A DNA stretch of 64,000 nucleotides. Source: an uncultured Lachnospiraceae bacterium. GTDB taxonomy: Bacteria > Bacillota > Clostridia > Lachnospirales > Lachnospiraceae. The position numbers and the translations under genes were made by a program. Positions 1 to 9,338 of the stretch are shown here, piece after piece (within the stretch, counting starts at the first letter, position 1; each line of letters begins with the position of its first letter). Location: positions 244 through 64,243 of the forward strand of contig CAZOHM010000012.1 in NCBI GenBank assembly GCA_964579795.1, read 5' to 3'. A model generated the notes under the pieces. That model had not been told where the DNA came from and made no database searches. It saw only the letters and a program-made list of their open reading frames with translations.

Positions 1-181
1 TCCCTTTAAATAGAATTTAGTTACTTGTTACATTTAGAAGTTTATCATGAATGAAATAGTACAAATTTGTGAATTTCTTGATTTTTTTATTCAATTTTTT
101 TGGCAAAAAAATATACTAGCATTTTTTTGTCAAATACTAGCACATTTTTCATATCCATATTAATACTGTCTGTTTGAACTG

Positions 182-1219
182 CTACTCTGATACATTCATA
201 TACACATCATCCTTTATATGAAATCCACTGTCAATAACTGTATCATCCATATTTTCCTTTGTAACCCTTACAGGCTCCAGCTTGACATAAGGAATATTAT
301 ATGTTCCATCAAAGAAAGTATACGTATCTGTAATTTCTTCATGCTTTGCAAGTTGTACTGCGTATTCTGCAGCTGTTTTCGCAAGTTCTTCTACCGGCTT
401 GTATACTGTCATCAGCTGCGTACCTTCAACAATTCTCTGACATGCTTCCAAATCCGCATCCTGTCCTACAACCGGAATCTTTCCTGCCATTCGACGCTCA
501 GAAAGAGCACGAATTACTTCTCCGGCAAGACTGTCATTTCCGCACATAATTGCATCTGCTGAAGCTATCATATCAAAGTGCTCGTTGACATAGTCATATG
601 CCATTTCTGCTCTCCATGCATCACAGTGATAACAGTCTAGAATTGTACCATGGTAGCCATCACAGACTCTCTGGAATCCTTTCCCTATCATCTCCACATT
701 GTAATCAGTTTCAGGACCAGCAATCATGGCAACATTTGCGCCTCTTCCTACTTTTCCAAAAATTGCAGCCGCCATTAAGGCACCAACCTCTTCATTATCA
801 AAAGAAATAAAAAGATCTGCATTGGCATTCCGAACAACCCTGTCATAACAAATGACAGGTATCTCTTCCTTTTTAGCTTTTGATATTACATTTCTCAGCT
901 TTTCTGCATCAATTGGAATCACGACAATCGCATCCATCTTTTTTTCAATAAAATAATCGATTTGAGCAATCTGTTCATCAACTTCCCCATTCGCTGTTTG
1001 CACATTAACATCAGCACCCAGTTCTTTTGCTGTTGAAACAAACACATCTCTATCACGCTGCCAGCGTTCAATAATAAATGAATCAAAACATAAACCAATC
1101 TTTAAGCTTGACTCCTCTGGTGTATTGACCTTTTCCTGCTGAGGCTGCGTATCCTGACATCCCGTCAGGCAGAGTACTGCTGCAAAAAACAAAGAAACCA
1201 ATTTTGTCTTCACTTTCAT
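182..1219 (-). CDS. Sugar ABC-transporter-type substrate-binding lipoprotein (type I periplasmic-binding-protein fold)
   Basis: 345-aa ORF. Has a signal peptide with lipobox LTGC and a PBP1 sugar-binding-like sequence. Its start overlaps the stop of the upstream response regulator by 4 nt. Confidence 0.8.
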   Translation of the reverse strand: MKVKTKLVSLFFAAVLCLTGCQDTQPQQEKVNTPEESSLKIGLCFDSFIIERWQRDRDVFVSTAKELGADVNVQTANGEVDEQIAQIDYFIEKKMDAIVVIPIDAEKLRNVISKAKKEEIPVICYDRVVRNANADLFISFDNEEVGALMAAAIFGKVGRGANVAMIAGPETDYNVEMIGKGFQRVCDGYHGTILDCYHCDAWRAEMAYDYVNEHFDMIASADAIMCGNDSLAGEVIRALSERRMAGKIPVVGQDADLEACQRIVEGTQLMTVYKPVEELAKTAAEYAVQLAKHEEITDTYTFFDGTYNIPYVKLEPVRVTKENMDDTVIDSGFHIKDDVYMNVSE

Positions 1220-2814
1220 ACTGATCGCTCCTCCTTAAATTCTGTAGGTGTCACACCGACGTTTTTCTTAAAAATACGGCTGAAATAATTTGGATCAGCA
1301 TATCCAACCTCACCACATATTTCTTTCATGGAAAAAGAAGAATTCATAAGCAGCTGTTTTGCTTTCTCGATTCGAACAGCAGTCAAATACTCAATAAAAT
1401 TTTCTCCAGTTTCTTCTTTAAAAAGCTTACTGAAATAATATGGACTGATATCTACTTCACGTGATACGTCATCAAGTGAAATATCGTTATTGTATTGCTG
1501 AAGAATGTATGTCTTTGCTTTTTCAATTGATGAACTGCATTGTTTTTCTTTACTCTGCACTATATTTTTGCAAGAACTCGATATTTTTGACAAAAACCAT
1601 GTCTTAATCTCATCAAGTGACTTCATTTCCAGAATCGTAGGCAGATAATCCTGTCTGGAAAGAAAGTGATAAGTCATACCACCTTCAATATAAGCAATAT
1701 GCTCTGCCCACAAAACAAACTCCAATACCTTCAGCTTAATATCCGATATATAGTCTGCATACTTTTCTATCATCCAGTCAAAGAAATGATTGGCCGCAGT
1801 CAGTGCTCCATTTTCATCCCCTTTTTCTGTCATTTCAAAGAGTTCTCTTTCTGTTTTAATTGGATAATCCTCCTCATAAGCAACAGATACAAGAATATCC
1901 TTTACATGAGCAATTGTTCCATCTGTGTTCCTAAGAGAGTGCTGTGCTTCTTTATATGATTCCATACACTCCTGCAATCTAACAGTAGAACCTATACCAG
2001 CACGGAATCTTACATCTATGGAGGAATTCAGTTTCTTAACCATTTTTCTTGCCTGCTCAATAACCTCAATTCGCTCATTATAATCAAGCTCCGGTTTATC
2101 ACTTGGTACATAAATAATTACTCTGTTTGCCATCACAGAGCCTACAATACATGGAAAGAAATCCTTAACTATTTCGCGCAATTCCTTATAATTGGACTGT
2201 GTGCGCACGCCTGCCCCAACAATGTTTGTCAGATGATTCCCTTCCTGACTTTCTCCGCACTCCAAAACAATGACAAATCCATAATCCTGTTTGACACCTA
2301 TAAGATTACGGAAATTATCAATTTCCTCCTGACAATTATCCTGAAACATAATCGTGTAAATCATATTATTTTCGATAATAGGAACGACATTTTCCAGCTT
2401 TTCTTTAATCAGAAGATCATTTTTACGTTTCTCTCTTTTCTGATCAATTTGCTCCATTGCACGCATCAGAACTTCAACAATACGTTTCTGCTCAACTGGT
2501 TTTGTCAAATACTCCATTACACCAAGATTGATCGCTTCTTTTGCATAATCAAATTTATCGTAAGCAGACAGCACAAAAAAGATAATCAAATCATTTGCCT
2601 TTCTGATTTCCTTCATGGCATCTATTCCATTAATTCCAGGCATTTGAATATCCATGAATGCAATATCCGGTCGAAAGGTTTCTGCAAGTTCAATCACACT
2701 TCTTCCTGTATTTGCAGAAATCACCTGACATTCGTCTCCAAAATGCTTATCAATTATGAATTTCAAGGAATCAATCACAATTCCTTCATCATCTGCCAGC
2801 AAAATTTTGTACAT
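1216..2814 (-). CDS. Two-component response regulator, REC domain plus AraC-type HTH (YesN-like)
   Basis: N-terminal REC motifs (LLADDE, MDIQMPGINGID). C-terminal AraC HTH (SPYYFSKLFKEETG ... YADPNYFSRIFKK). Confidence 0.9.
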   Translation of the reverse strand: MYKILLADDEGIVIDSLKFIIDKHFGDECQVISANTGRSVIELAETFRPDIAFMDIQMPGINGIDAMKEIRKANDLIIFFVLSAYDKFDYAKEAINLGVMEYLTKPVEQKRIVEVLMRAMEQIDQKREKRKNDLLIKEKLENVVPIIENNMIYTIMFQDNCQEEIDNFRNLIGVKQDYGFVIVLECGESQEGNHLTNIVGAGVRTQSNYKELREIVKDFFPCIVGSVMANRVIIYVPSDKPELDYNERIEVIEQARKMVKKLNSSIDVRFRAGIGSTVRLQECMESYKEAQHSLRNTDGTIAHVKDILVSVAYEEDYPIKTERELFEMTEKGDENGALTAANHFFDWMIEKYADYISDIKLKVLEFVLWAEHIAYIEGGMTYHFLSRQDYLPTILEMKSLDEIKTWFLSKISSSCKNIVQSKEKQCSSSIEKAKTYILQQYNNDISLDDVSREVDISPYYFSKLFKEETGENFIEYLTAVRIEKAKQLLMNSSFSMKEICGEVGYADPNYFSRIFKKNVGVTPTEFKEERSV

Positions 2815-2825
2815 ATATTTTCCCT

Positions 2826-4316
2826 CTATTCCATCGGTATTCTGATTACAACTTCTGTTCCTTTATTTTCACCTTCGCTCATAATTGCGAATACATCATC
2901 TCTTCCATAACATAGCTTCAATCTGGATATTACATTATTAAGACCGATTCCATTGGAATCCGGAGAGTCATTGACAGATTCCGTTTCCTGCATGCGGATT
3001 TTTCTCAAGACCTCTTCAGATATTCCTATCCCGTTATCTCTTACACAAATACATACCACATCATTCTCACGATACACTGACAGTGAAATCAATCCCTCCC
3101 ATTCAATTCCTCTGATACCATAATTTACACTGTTTTCCACTATTGGCTGTAAAATCATACTTGGAATTCGTGTTGTGAGCAATGACTCATCAATCTTCTT
3201 TTCAAAATGAATCGTGCCAGAAAAGCGCACATTCAAAATATATATATAGCTGTCAACCAGCTCAATTTCTTCAGCAATAGAAACATTATCATGATTCTTT
3301 TTTACATTATACCGGAAAAAATCAGCCATGTTCTGTACATACCTGTTTGTTTTATCTGCCCCTTCCATCATTGCAAGCTGTGCACCTGCATTAAGCGTAT
3401 TAAACAGAAAATGCGGATTAATCTGAGCCTGCAGATATTTCAGCTTTGCATCCTTTAAATGCGCCGCAAGCATAAGCTCTTTTTCCTTCATAGCACTTTC
3501 CATTTCCATTCTTTCTCTAATCTGGTCAATATATTCTCGAATACTGATAAGCATCTGATTAAACGCAATTGTCACAACACCAACCTCGTCTGTAGATTTC
3601 GTTTCCAACAGTTCAACATCCAAATGTCCTTTTGCAACCTCATTCGCTCTTTTAGACAACTCTTTGAGCGGGTTCGTAATTGATCTGGTCACGAAAATAA
3701 TCAAAAGTGTATTTCCCAAAGTAACTGCAACAAGAATTGACATACAGAGAATTTCTGAATACTTCAGTGATGTAAGAAGTGTTTCGTAGTTTGTAGAATT
3801 TCTCTTGAACTGTTCATTGTTAAGACTATAAATATATGTACTAATATAAGAAAACAGCTTTGTTGCTTCCCCATAACCACTAATATACTTTTCTGTATTT
3901 CTTCCGCGCTTCGCCTGCACTGTTTCATCTGTAATTACCAGATAGGTTTCCGACATGTTACGAATACTTTTTTCCATCAGCTTCATGTCATTATCCGTTG
4001 TAATTACGTTCAGCTCTGCCAATTGTGTTGAATAGTCCTGTACACTTTTATAATACAATCCAAGCGCATCCGTACTTTTTGTTTTTAAATAATCGGTCAT
4101 GCTGTTCTGTACACTTTCCAGCGTTTCAGACATGTCATTTAAATTGACATTGCTAATGTATATCTCGTCAATTTTTCCAATCATCTGATTCAGACTATAG
4201 TATACGTACAAATTAACCCCAAAAATGATAATGGAGGTGAAAATAAATACACAGATTAGCTTCGTCTGAATTGTGAAATTTCGAATTGTCTTTTTACTCC
4301 TCATCTTTATCTTCAC
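2826..4316 (-). CDS. Sensor histidine kinase, LytS/YesM type (2 TM, HAMP, His_kinase, HATPase)
   Basis: Contains the QINPHFLFNTLN H-box typical of the LytS/YesM family and a C-terminal GIGLNNV ATPase motif. Has an N-terminal TM and a second TM before a HAMP-like segment. Overlaps the upstream gene by 23 nt. Confidence 0.9.
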   Translation of the reverse strand: MKIKMRSKKTIRNFTIQTKLICVFIFTSIIIFGVNLYVYYSLNQMIGKIDEIYISNVNLNDMSETLESVQNSMTDYLKTKSTDALGLYYKSVQDYSTQLAELNVITTDNDMKLMEKSIRNMSETYLVITDETVQAKRGRNTEKYISGYGEATKLFSYISTYIYSLNNEQFKRNSTNYETLLTSLKYSEILCMSILVAVTLGNTLLIIFVTRSITNPLKELSKRANEVAKGHLDVELLETKSTDEVGVVTIAFNQMLISIREYIDQIRERMEMESAMKEKELMLAAHLKDAKLKYLQAQINPHFLFNTLNAGAQLAMMEGADKTNRYVQNMADFFRYNVKKNHDNVSIAEEIELVDSYIYILNVRFSGTIHFEKKIDESLLTTRIPSMILQPIVENSVNYGIRGIEWEGLISLSVYRENDVVCICVRDNGIGISEEVLRKIRMQETESVNDSPDSNGIGLNNVISRLKLCYGRDDVFAIMSEGENKGTEVVIRIPME

Positions 4317-5346
4317 TCCTCAGATATTTCTTTACATTATCAGCATTAATCAACGTAAAATCTACCGAGTAATAATCGCTTACATGACCGGTATTCACAT
4401 ATTCATTCAGTGCTTCCACGCAGTATCTCCCCATCTGCTCAGTATTTACAGTAATCGTTGCAAAAATAACGTTTCTCTCAACTGCGCGTAGGATTGTATC
4501 AGAATCATAATATCCGATAATTGCTGTTTGCCCAACCTTATTCTGATCTACAACCATCTGATATACACTTGTGGTATTTAATTCATTCAGACAGACTACA
4601 ACATCCGGATGATATTGTTCAAATACGTCACGAATAGACTCTTCCGCACTAAATGGACTGTCATTACTGATCTTGGCAATTTTCATATCTACCTTATCCT
4701 TGTCCAGCTGCTCATTTTCCAGTTCATCCTGTATGGCGGAATAAATAATATTCTGAGACGGATCAGAAGAGTTGGAATCCATTAAAAGTAATACCTGACA
4801 AATGCCCTTTGTATCGGCAGCCACACTGGAAATCAGTTTTCCATATTCACTTCCGAGATTATAATTACTGATTCCGACATAACTTACTCGCGGTGTTCCC
4901 ATACAGTCATGCAATATTGTAACAACAGGGATCCCCTTTGCATTTGCTTTGTTAATCAAAGCTGTCGTTTTGTCACTCTCGTCTGCCTCAAGAATAATTC
5001 CGTCAACATTTGAATCAATTGCAATTTCCATAAGATCTGCCTTAGAAAATTCCACAGAAAGATTCTTCCCAAGACGTTCAACATAAACACCTGATTTTTC
5101 GCCTGTTTCAACCATCTGGTCATAGACAGTATCCCAAAAAGTATCACCAATATCCTTTGTTATCAAAACATACTGGCGCTCATATTCATTATACTGCTCA
5201 TTTGGCAGCTTGCTGTCTGATATTCTCCACTGAAAATAAATCAGACCAAATAAAGTAACAAGTAGCATAATAACCGTCACTATAGCGAGTATGAAGGCAT
5301 CTATTTTTTCTCTTTTAGAAAAGCAACTCTTCCTGTTTTTCTCCAT
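4294..5346 (-). CDS. Membrane-anchored periplasmic-binding-protein-like sugar sensor partner (no lipobox)
   Basis: 350-aa ORF with one N-terminal TM helix followed by a PBP1-like sugar-binding domain. It sits directly upstream of, and overlaps, the kinase gene. Confidence 0.7.
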   Translation of the reverse strand: MEKNRKSCFSKREKIDAFILAIVTVIMLLVTLFGLIYFQWRISDSKLPNEQYNEYERQYVLITKDIGDTFWDTVYDQMVETGEKSGVYVERLGKNLSVEFSKADLMEIAIDSNVDGIILEADESDKTTALINKANAKGIPVVTILHDCMGTPRVSYVGISNYNLGSEYGKLISSVAADTKGICQVLLLMDSNSSDPSQNIIYSAIQDELENEQLDKDKVDMKIAKISNDSPFSAEESIRDVFEQYHPDVVVCLNELNTTSVYQMVVDQNKVGQTAIIGYYDSDTILRAVERNVIFATITVNTEQMGRYCVEALNEYVNTGHVSDYYSVDFTLINADNVKKYLRSEDKDEE

Positions 5347-5370
5347 GTATAATTTCCTCGGATTATTCTA

Positions 5371-5405
5371 AAGAAGACTCAGACAGTAGTCCGGGTCTTC
5401 TTTTA
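5371..5405 (-). terminator. Hairpin downstream of ftsH (AAGAAGAC ... GTCTTCTT)
   Basis: 8-bp inverted repeat with further internal pairing, 14 nt after the ftsH stop. The U-run is weak on the minus strand and better on the plus strand. Confidence 0.5.
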
Positions 5406-5418
5406 TTGCTATATCCTG

Positions 5419-7434
5419 TTAATTTTCTGTATCAGCATTCCCATCTGATTTAACACTTTCACCTGGTTCAACGCTTTCATCTAATTCAACGCTCTCACCT
5501 GGTTCAACACTTTCGCCGGGTTCAACGCTCTCACCTGACTCAACGCTTTCATCTGATTCAACATCTGGCTCGGGTATTCCCTTTGCTTTACGGAATATTT
5601 TCATGAACTCCTTACCTGTAATGCTTTCTCTTTCCAGCAAATACTCGGCAAGTTCATTCATCAGTTCACGGTTTTCCACCAAAAGTCTCTTTGCTTCCTC
5701 ATACGATTTGGAAAGTACTTTCATAATTTCCTCATCAACTTGTGCTGCTGTCAAATCACTGCATTCCAGCACTGTTCTGCCACTCAGATATTTATCTTCA
5801 ACAGATTCAAGCTTTACAAGACCAAATCGGTCAGACATACCATACTGTGTAATCATGGATCTTGCCAGTCCGGTTGCCTGCTCAATATCATTAGCTGCTC
5901 CCGTTGTAATGGAATTGAAAACAATTTCCTCAGAAGCACGACCTGCAAGTGCTGTTACAATTCGCTCCTCAAGCTCCACTTTTGAACGCAGATGCTTTTC
6001 TTCATCAGGTACATACCACGCATAACCAAGAGCACCCATCGTTCTCGGTACAATTGTAATCTTTTGAATTGGATCTGTATTTTTCTGGAGCGCACTCGCC
6101 AGAGCATGACCGATTTCATGATAAGAAACAATCTTCTTTTCTTCCTTGCTCATAATACGGTCTTTCTTTTCCTTACCCATCATAACAACTTCGATTGCTT
6201 CCAGCATATCCTTCTGGTTGACAAATTCCCTGCCGTTCTTGACCGCGTTGATGGCAGCTTCATTTACCATATTCGCAAGATCGGATCCAACTGCTCCTGC
6301 TGTTGCAAGTGCAACCTCTTCCAAATCCACCGTATCATCCAGATGAACATCTTTGGAATGAACACGCAGCGTTTCCTTTCTTCCTTTCAAATCCGGCTTG
6401 TCAACAATAATCCTTCGGTCAAAACGACCTGGTCTGAGTAGCGCCTTATCAAGAATTTCCGGTCTGTTTGTAGCAGCAAGTATCAAAAGACCTTTTGAAG
6501 CGTCAAATCCATCCATCTCAGAAAGAAGCTGGTTCAATGTCTGCTCACGTTCATCATTTCCACCACCGTATCTGGAATCACGACTCTTTCCGATGGCATC
6601 TATTTCATCTATAAAAATAATACATGGTGCATTTTTCTGTGCTTCCTTAAATAAATCACGAACTCTTGAAGCGCCTACACCGACATACATCTCTACAAAA
6701 TCAGAACCTGCCAGAGAAAAGAACGGTACATGTGCTTCTCCTGCAACAGCTCTTGCCAGAAGCGTTTTACCTGTTCCGGGAGGTCCTACAAGCAATGCTC
6801 CCTTTGGCAGCTTTGCTCCGATTTTAACATATTTGCCCGGATTATGAAGAAAATCGACTACCTCTTGCAGCGATTCCTTTGCTTCATCCTGTCCTGCAAC
6901 ATCCTTAAATGTGATACCTGTCTCTTTTTGTACATAAACCTTTGCATTGCTTTTTCCAACGCCCATCATACCGCCGCCCTTGGACATCCGGCGCATAACA
7001 AAGCTCAAAATAATCCATACAAGTACAATCGGAAGCACATATGACACTAATATAGAAATAATCATAGCAGAGGAATCAGTCTCCTCCTGCTCGAATTTCA
7101 CTCCTGCCTTTAACAGTCTGTCCGGAAGCTCCGAATCATCAACTCTAACTGTATAATAAGTCATGGAAACATATGCGTTTGGCTGTTCCTTTGGCGTAAT
7201 TGTTATTTTATCCGAACCAATCTTTACACTATCAATTGCTCCACTATCAATCTTTTCGATAAACTCGTCATAGGAAATCTTTTGATTTGAAGCATTTGAC
7301 AAAAAGCTCCTCATGTAAGAAAGCAGCAAAAGCATAACAATCGATGCTACAAGCAGGATAAGCAGTGTTTGTTTATTCTGTGGCTGATTTCCTTTATTAT
7401 TCTGATTATTGTCAGAATTTTTGTTATTGTCCAT
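5419..7434 (-). CDS. ftsH: ATP-dependent zinc metalloprotease FtsH
   Basis: Walker A GPPGTGKT, zinc motif HEIGHA, two N-terminal TM segments, GGAGAG RBS. The C-terminus carries an acidic hexapeptide-repeat tail. Confidence 0.95.
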   Translation of the reverse strand: MDNNKNSDNNQNNKGNQPQNKQTLLILLVASIVMLLLLSYMRSFLSNASNQKISYDEFIEKIDSGAIDSVKIGSDKITITPKEQPNAYVSMTYYTVRVDDSELPDRLLKAGVKFEQEETDSSAMIISILVSYVLPIVLVWIILSFVMRRMSKGGGMMGVGKSNAKVYVQKETGITFKDVAGQDEAKESLQEVVDFLHNPGKYVKIGAKLPKGALLVGPPGTGKTLLARAVAGEAHVPFFSLAGSDFVEMYVGVGASRVRDLFKEAQKNAPCIIFIDEIDAIGKSRDSRYGGGNDEREQTLNQLLSEMDGFDASKGLLILAATNRPEILDKALLRPGRFDRRIIVDKPDLKGRKETLRVHSKDVHLDDTVDLEEVALATAGAVGSDLANMVNEAAINAVKNGREFVNQKDMLEAIEVVMMGKEKKDRIMSKEEKKIVSYHEIGHALASALQKNTDPIQKITIVPRTMGALGYAWYVPDEEKHLRSKVELEERIVTALAGRASEEIVFNSITTGAANDIEQATGLARSMITQYGMSDRFGLVKLESVEDKYLSGRTVLECSDLTAAQVDEEIMKVLSKSYEEAKRLLVENRELMNELAEYLLERESITGKEFMKIFRKAKGIPEPDVESDESVESGESVEPGESVEPGESVELDESVEPGESVKSDGNADTEN
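5449..5574 (-). repeat. About seven tandem 18-bp units encoding (P/S/L)(G/D)ESVE hexapeptides in the ftsH 3' end
   Basis: Read directly: units such as ttcaacgctctcacctgg recur in frame. The protein tail reads [36 protein letters not shown]. Confidence 0.9.
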
Positions 7435-7487
7435 ATTTCTCTCCGTTTTCTATATTCTCATCATTCTTATGGATTTTGTTCTATATT

Positions 7488-7516
7488 ATTATAGAGATTG
7501 TTTTGGGATAAATCAA
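7488..7516 (-). promoter_or_regulatory. Candidate sigma-A promoter of ftsH (TTGATT-17 nt-TATAAT on minus strand)
   Basis: The hexamers read on the minus strand at 7516-7511 and 7493-7488, with a 17-nt spacer, about 55 nt upstream of the start codon. Confidence 0.55.
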
Positions 7517-7528
7517 TATACTCTTTAT

Positions 7529-7569
7529 GAAAAAACAGGTGCAATTCTAAACCTGTTCTAAATTTTTTC
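7529..7569. terminator. Orphan bidirectional terminator-like hairpin between divergent ftsH and pyrG
   Basis: AACAGGT-N10-ACCTGTT, flanked by an A-run on one side and a T-run on the other. No upstream gene ends here on either strand. Confidence 0.5.
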
Positions 7570-7622
7570 TTTATTTCTGTTTTTTTTTTCATTACTGACT
7601 GGATTTTTAAATGCGAATCTAC

Positions 7623-7699
7623 TATAATAGGAACGTCTATAGAGAAAAAGCTAACACGGTGCAAGGGCGCGCCGATTAATTATTTGCGCCCGAAGGCGC
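7623..7699 (+). promoter_or_regulatory. pyrG leader: TATAAT -10 box, then a GC-rich segment with two mutually exclusive hairpins
   Basis: TATAAT at 7623-7628, with no convincing -35 box. GGGCGC(7665-7670)/GCGCCC(7686-7691) competes with GCGCC-CGAA-GGCGC (7686-7699). This is the only GC-rich patch in an AT-rich spacer. Confidence 0.35.
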
Positions 7700-7715
7700 A
7701 GTTGTGGAGGTTTTT

Positions 7716-9320
7716 ATGTCAGTAAAATATGTATTTGTTACAGGTGGTGTTGTATCAGGATTAGGCAAAGGTATCACTGCCGCTTCTCTCGGAAGACTGT
7801 TGAAAGCCCGTGGCTACAAAGTGACCATGCAGAAATTTGATCCTTATATTAATATTGATCCGGGCACTATGAATCCGATTCAGCATGGTGAAGTATTTGT
7901 GACTGAAGACGGTACAGAAACAGATTTGGACCTTGGACATTATGAGAGATTTATAGACGAAAATCTTGATAAAAACTCAAATGTCACTACCGGAAAAATT
8001 TACTGGTCTGTTCTTCAAAAGGAAAGACACGGCGATTTTGGTGGTGGTACAGTTCAAGTCATTCCTCATATCACAAATGAAATTAAAAGCCGATTCTATC
8101 GCAATACAACAGATGAAGATATACACATTGCCATTATTGAAGTGGGTGGAACTGTGGGCGACATTGAAAGTCAGCCATTTTTAGAGGCCATCCGTCAATT
8201 CCAGCATAATGTTGGCAGAGATAATGCCATTCTCATACATGTTACTCTAATTCCTTATCTGCGTGCCTCCCAGGAAATGAAGACCAAGCCAACTCAGGCA
8301 AGTGTCAAAGAGCTGCAGGGAATGGGAATTCAGCCGGATATTATCGTTTGCCGGAGTGAGCATTCTCTTGATAAACAAATAAAAGACAAAATTGCGTTGT
8401 TTTGTAATGTTCCTGCTAATCATGTACTACAAAATCTTGATGTGGAATATTTATATGAGGCGCCGCTTGCAATGGAAAACGAACATCTTGCACAGGTTGC
8501 CTGTGAGTGTCTGCATCTGGAATGTCCGGTACCAAACCTTGCTGACTGGCAGGCAATGGTAAACAATTTGAAAACACCGACAAAAGAAGTCAGCATTTCA
8601 CTTGTCGGAAAATATATTCAGCTTCACGACGCATATATCAGCGTTGTAGAAGCACTCAAACACGGTGGAATTAACCAGCATGCAGTTGTGCATATTAACT
8701 GGATTGATTCCGGAACAGTAACTGTAGAAAATGCATCCACTCTGCTTGGTCATTCAGATGGAATTATTGTACCAGGTGGTTTTGGTGAACGTGGTACCGA
8801 TGGAATGATTCAAGCAATTACCTATGCAAGAGAGCATAACATTCCTTTTCTCGGACTATGTCTTGGTATGCAGCTTTCAATCGTAGAGTTTGCAAGAAAT
8901 GTTATAGGCTATCAAGATGCCCACAGTATAGAATTAAACCCGGCAACTACACATCCTGTCATTGCATTGATGCCGGATCAGAACGGTATTGTCGATCTCG
9001 GCGGTACACTCCGACTTGGCTCCTATCCGTGCGTGCTTGATAAAAAATCAAAGGCTTATGCGCTTTATAAACAGGATACCATCCATGAGCGTCACAGACA
9101 TCGTTATGAAGTAAATAACGAATACCGCGATGCACTTACTTCGCATGGTATGCTCCTGTCAGGTATTTCACCTGATGGTCGAATTGTAGAAATGTGTGAG
9201 CTTCCAGATCACCCATTTTTCGTTGCTACACAGGGCCATCCGGAGCTGAAATCCAGACCAAACAGACCACATCCTCTGTTTAACGGATTTATAGAGGCAG
9301 CATTAAAAGCCAAAAAATAG
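7716..9320 (+). CDS. pyrG: CTP synthase
   Basis: [20 protein letters not shown]-terminus and GATase motif GLCLGMQ. ATG at 7716 lies 5 nt after GGAGG; the track ORF begins at an upstream GTG (7704). Confidence 0.95.
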   Translation: MSVKYVFVTGGVVSGLGKGITAASLGRLLKARGYKVTMQKFDPYINIDPGTMNPIQHGEVFVTEDGTETDLDLGHYERFIDENLDKNSNVTTGKIYWSVLQKERHGDFGGGTVQVIPHITNEIKSRFYRNTTDEDIHIAIIEVGGTVGDIESQPFLEAIRQFQHNVGRDNAILIHVTLIPYLRASQEMKTKPTQASVKELQGMGIQPDIIVCRSEHSLDKQIKDKIALFCNVPANHVLQNLDVEYLYEAPLAMENEHLAQVACECLHLECPVPNLADWQAMVNNLKTPTKEVSISLVGKYIQLHDAYISVVEALKHGGINQHAVVHINWIDSGTVTVENASTLLGHSDGIIVPGGFGERGTDGMIQAITYAREHNIPFLGLCLGMQLSIVEFARNVIGYQDAHSIELNPATTHPVIALMPDQNGIVDLGGTLRLGSYPCVLDKKSKAYALYKQDTIHERHRHRYEVNNEYRDALTSHGMLLSGISPDGRIVEMCELPDHPFFVATQGHPELKSRPNRPHPLFNGFIEAALKAKK

Positions 9321-9338
9321 AATATCTAAGGAAGACCC

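Noticed and set aside
2233-2910. 225-aa plus-strand ORF. Other long antisense ORFs are similar: 47651-48217, 55999-56541, 60599-61084, 61997-62473, 5603-6025 and 6398-6847.
   Set aside because: All of them lie opposite strongly supported genes with clear family motifs. Their translations are low-complexity with no motifs, which is typical of shadow ORFs in AT-rich DNA.
5449-5574. Possible CRISPR-like or minisatellite array
   Set aside because: The units are contiguous 18-bp in-frame coding repeats with no spacers, inside ftsH. This is a coding tandem repeat, not a CRISPR array.
7467-7664. 65-aa minus-strand ORF in the ftsH/pyrG spacer
   Set aside because: It has a Lys-rich, low-complexity translation of AT-rich promoter DNA. 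It spans a terminator hairpin and the ftsH promoter, and has no RBS.
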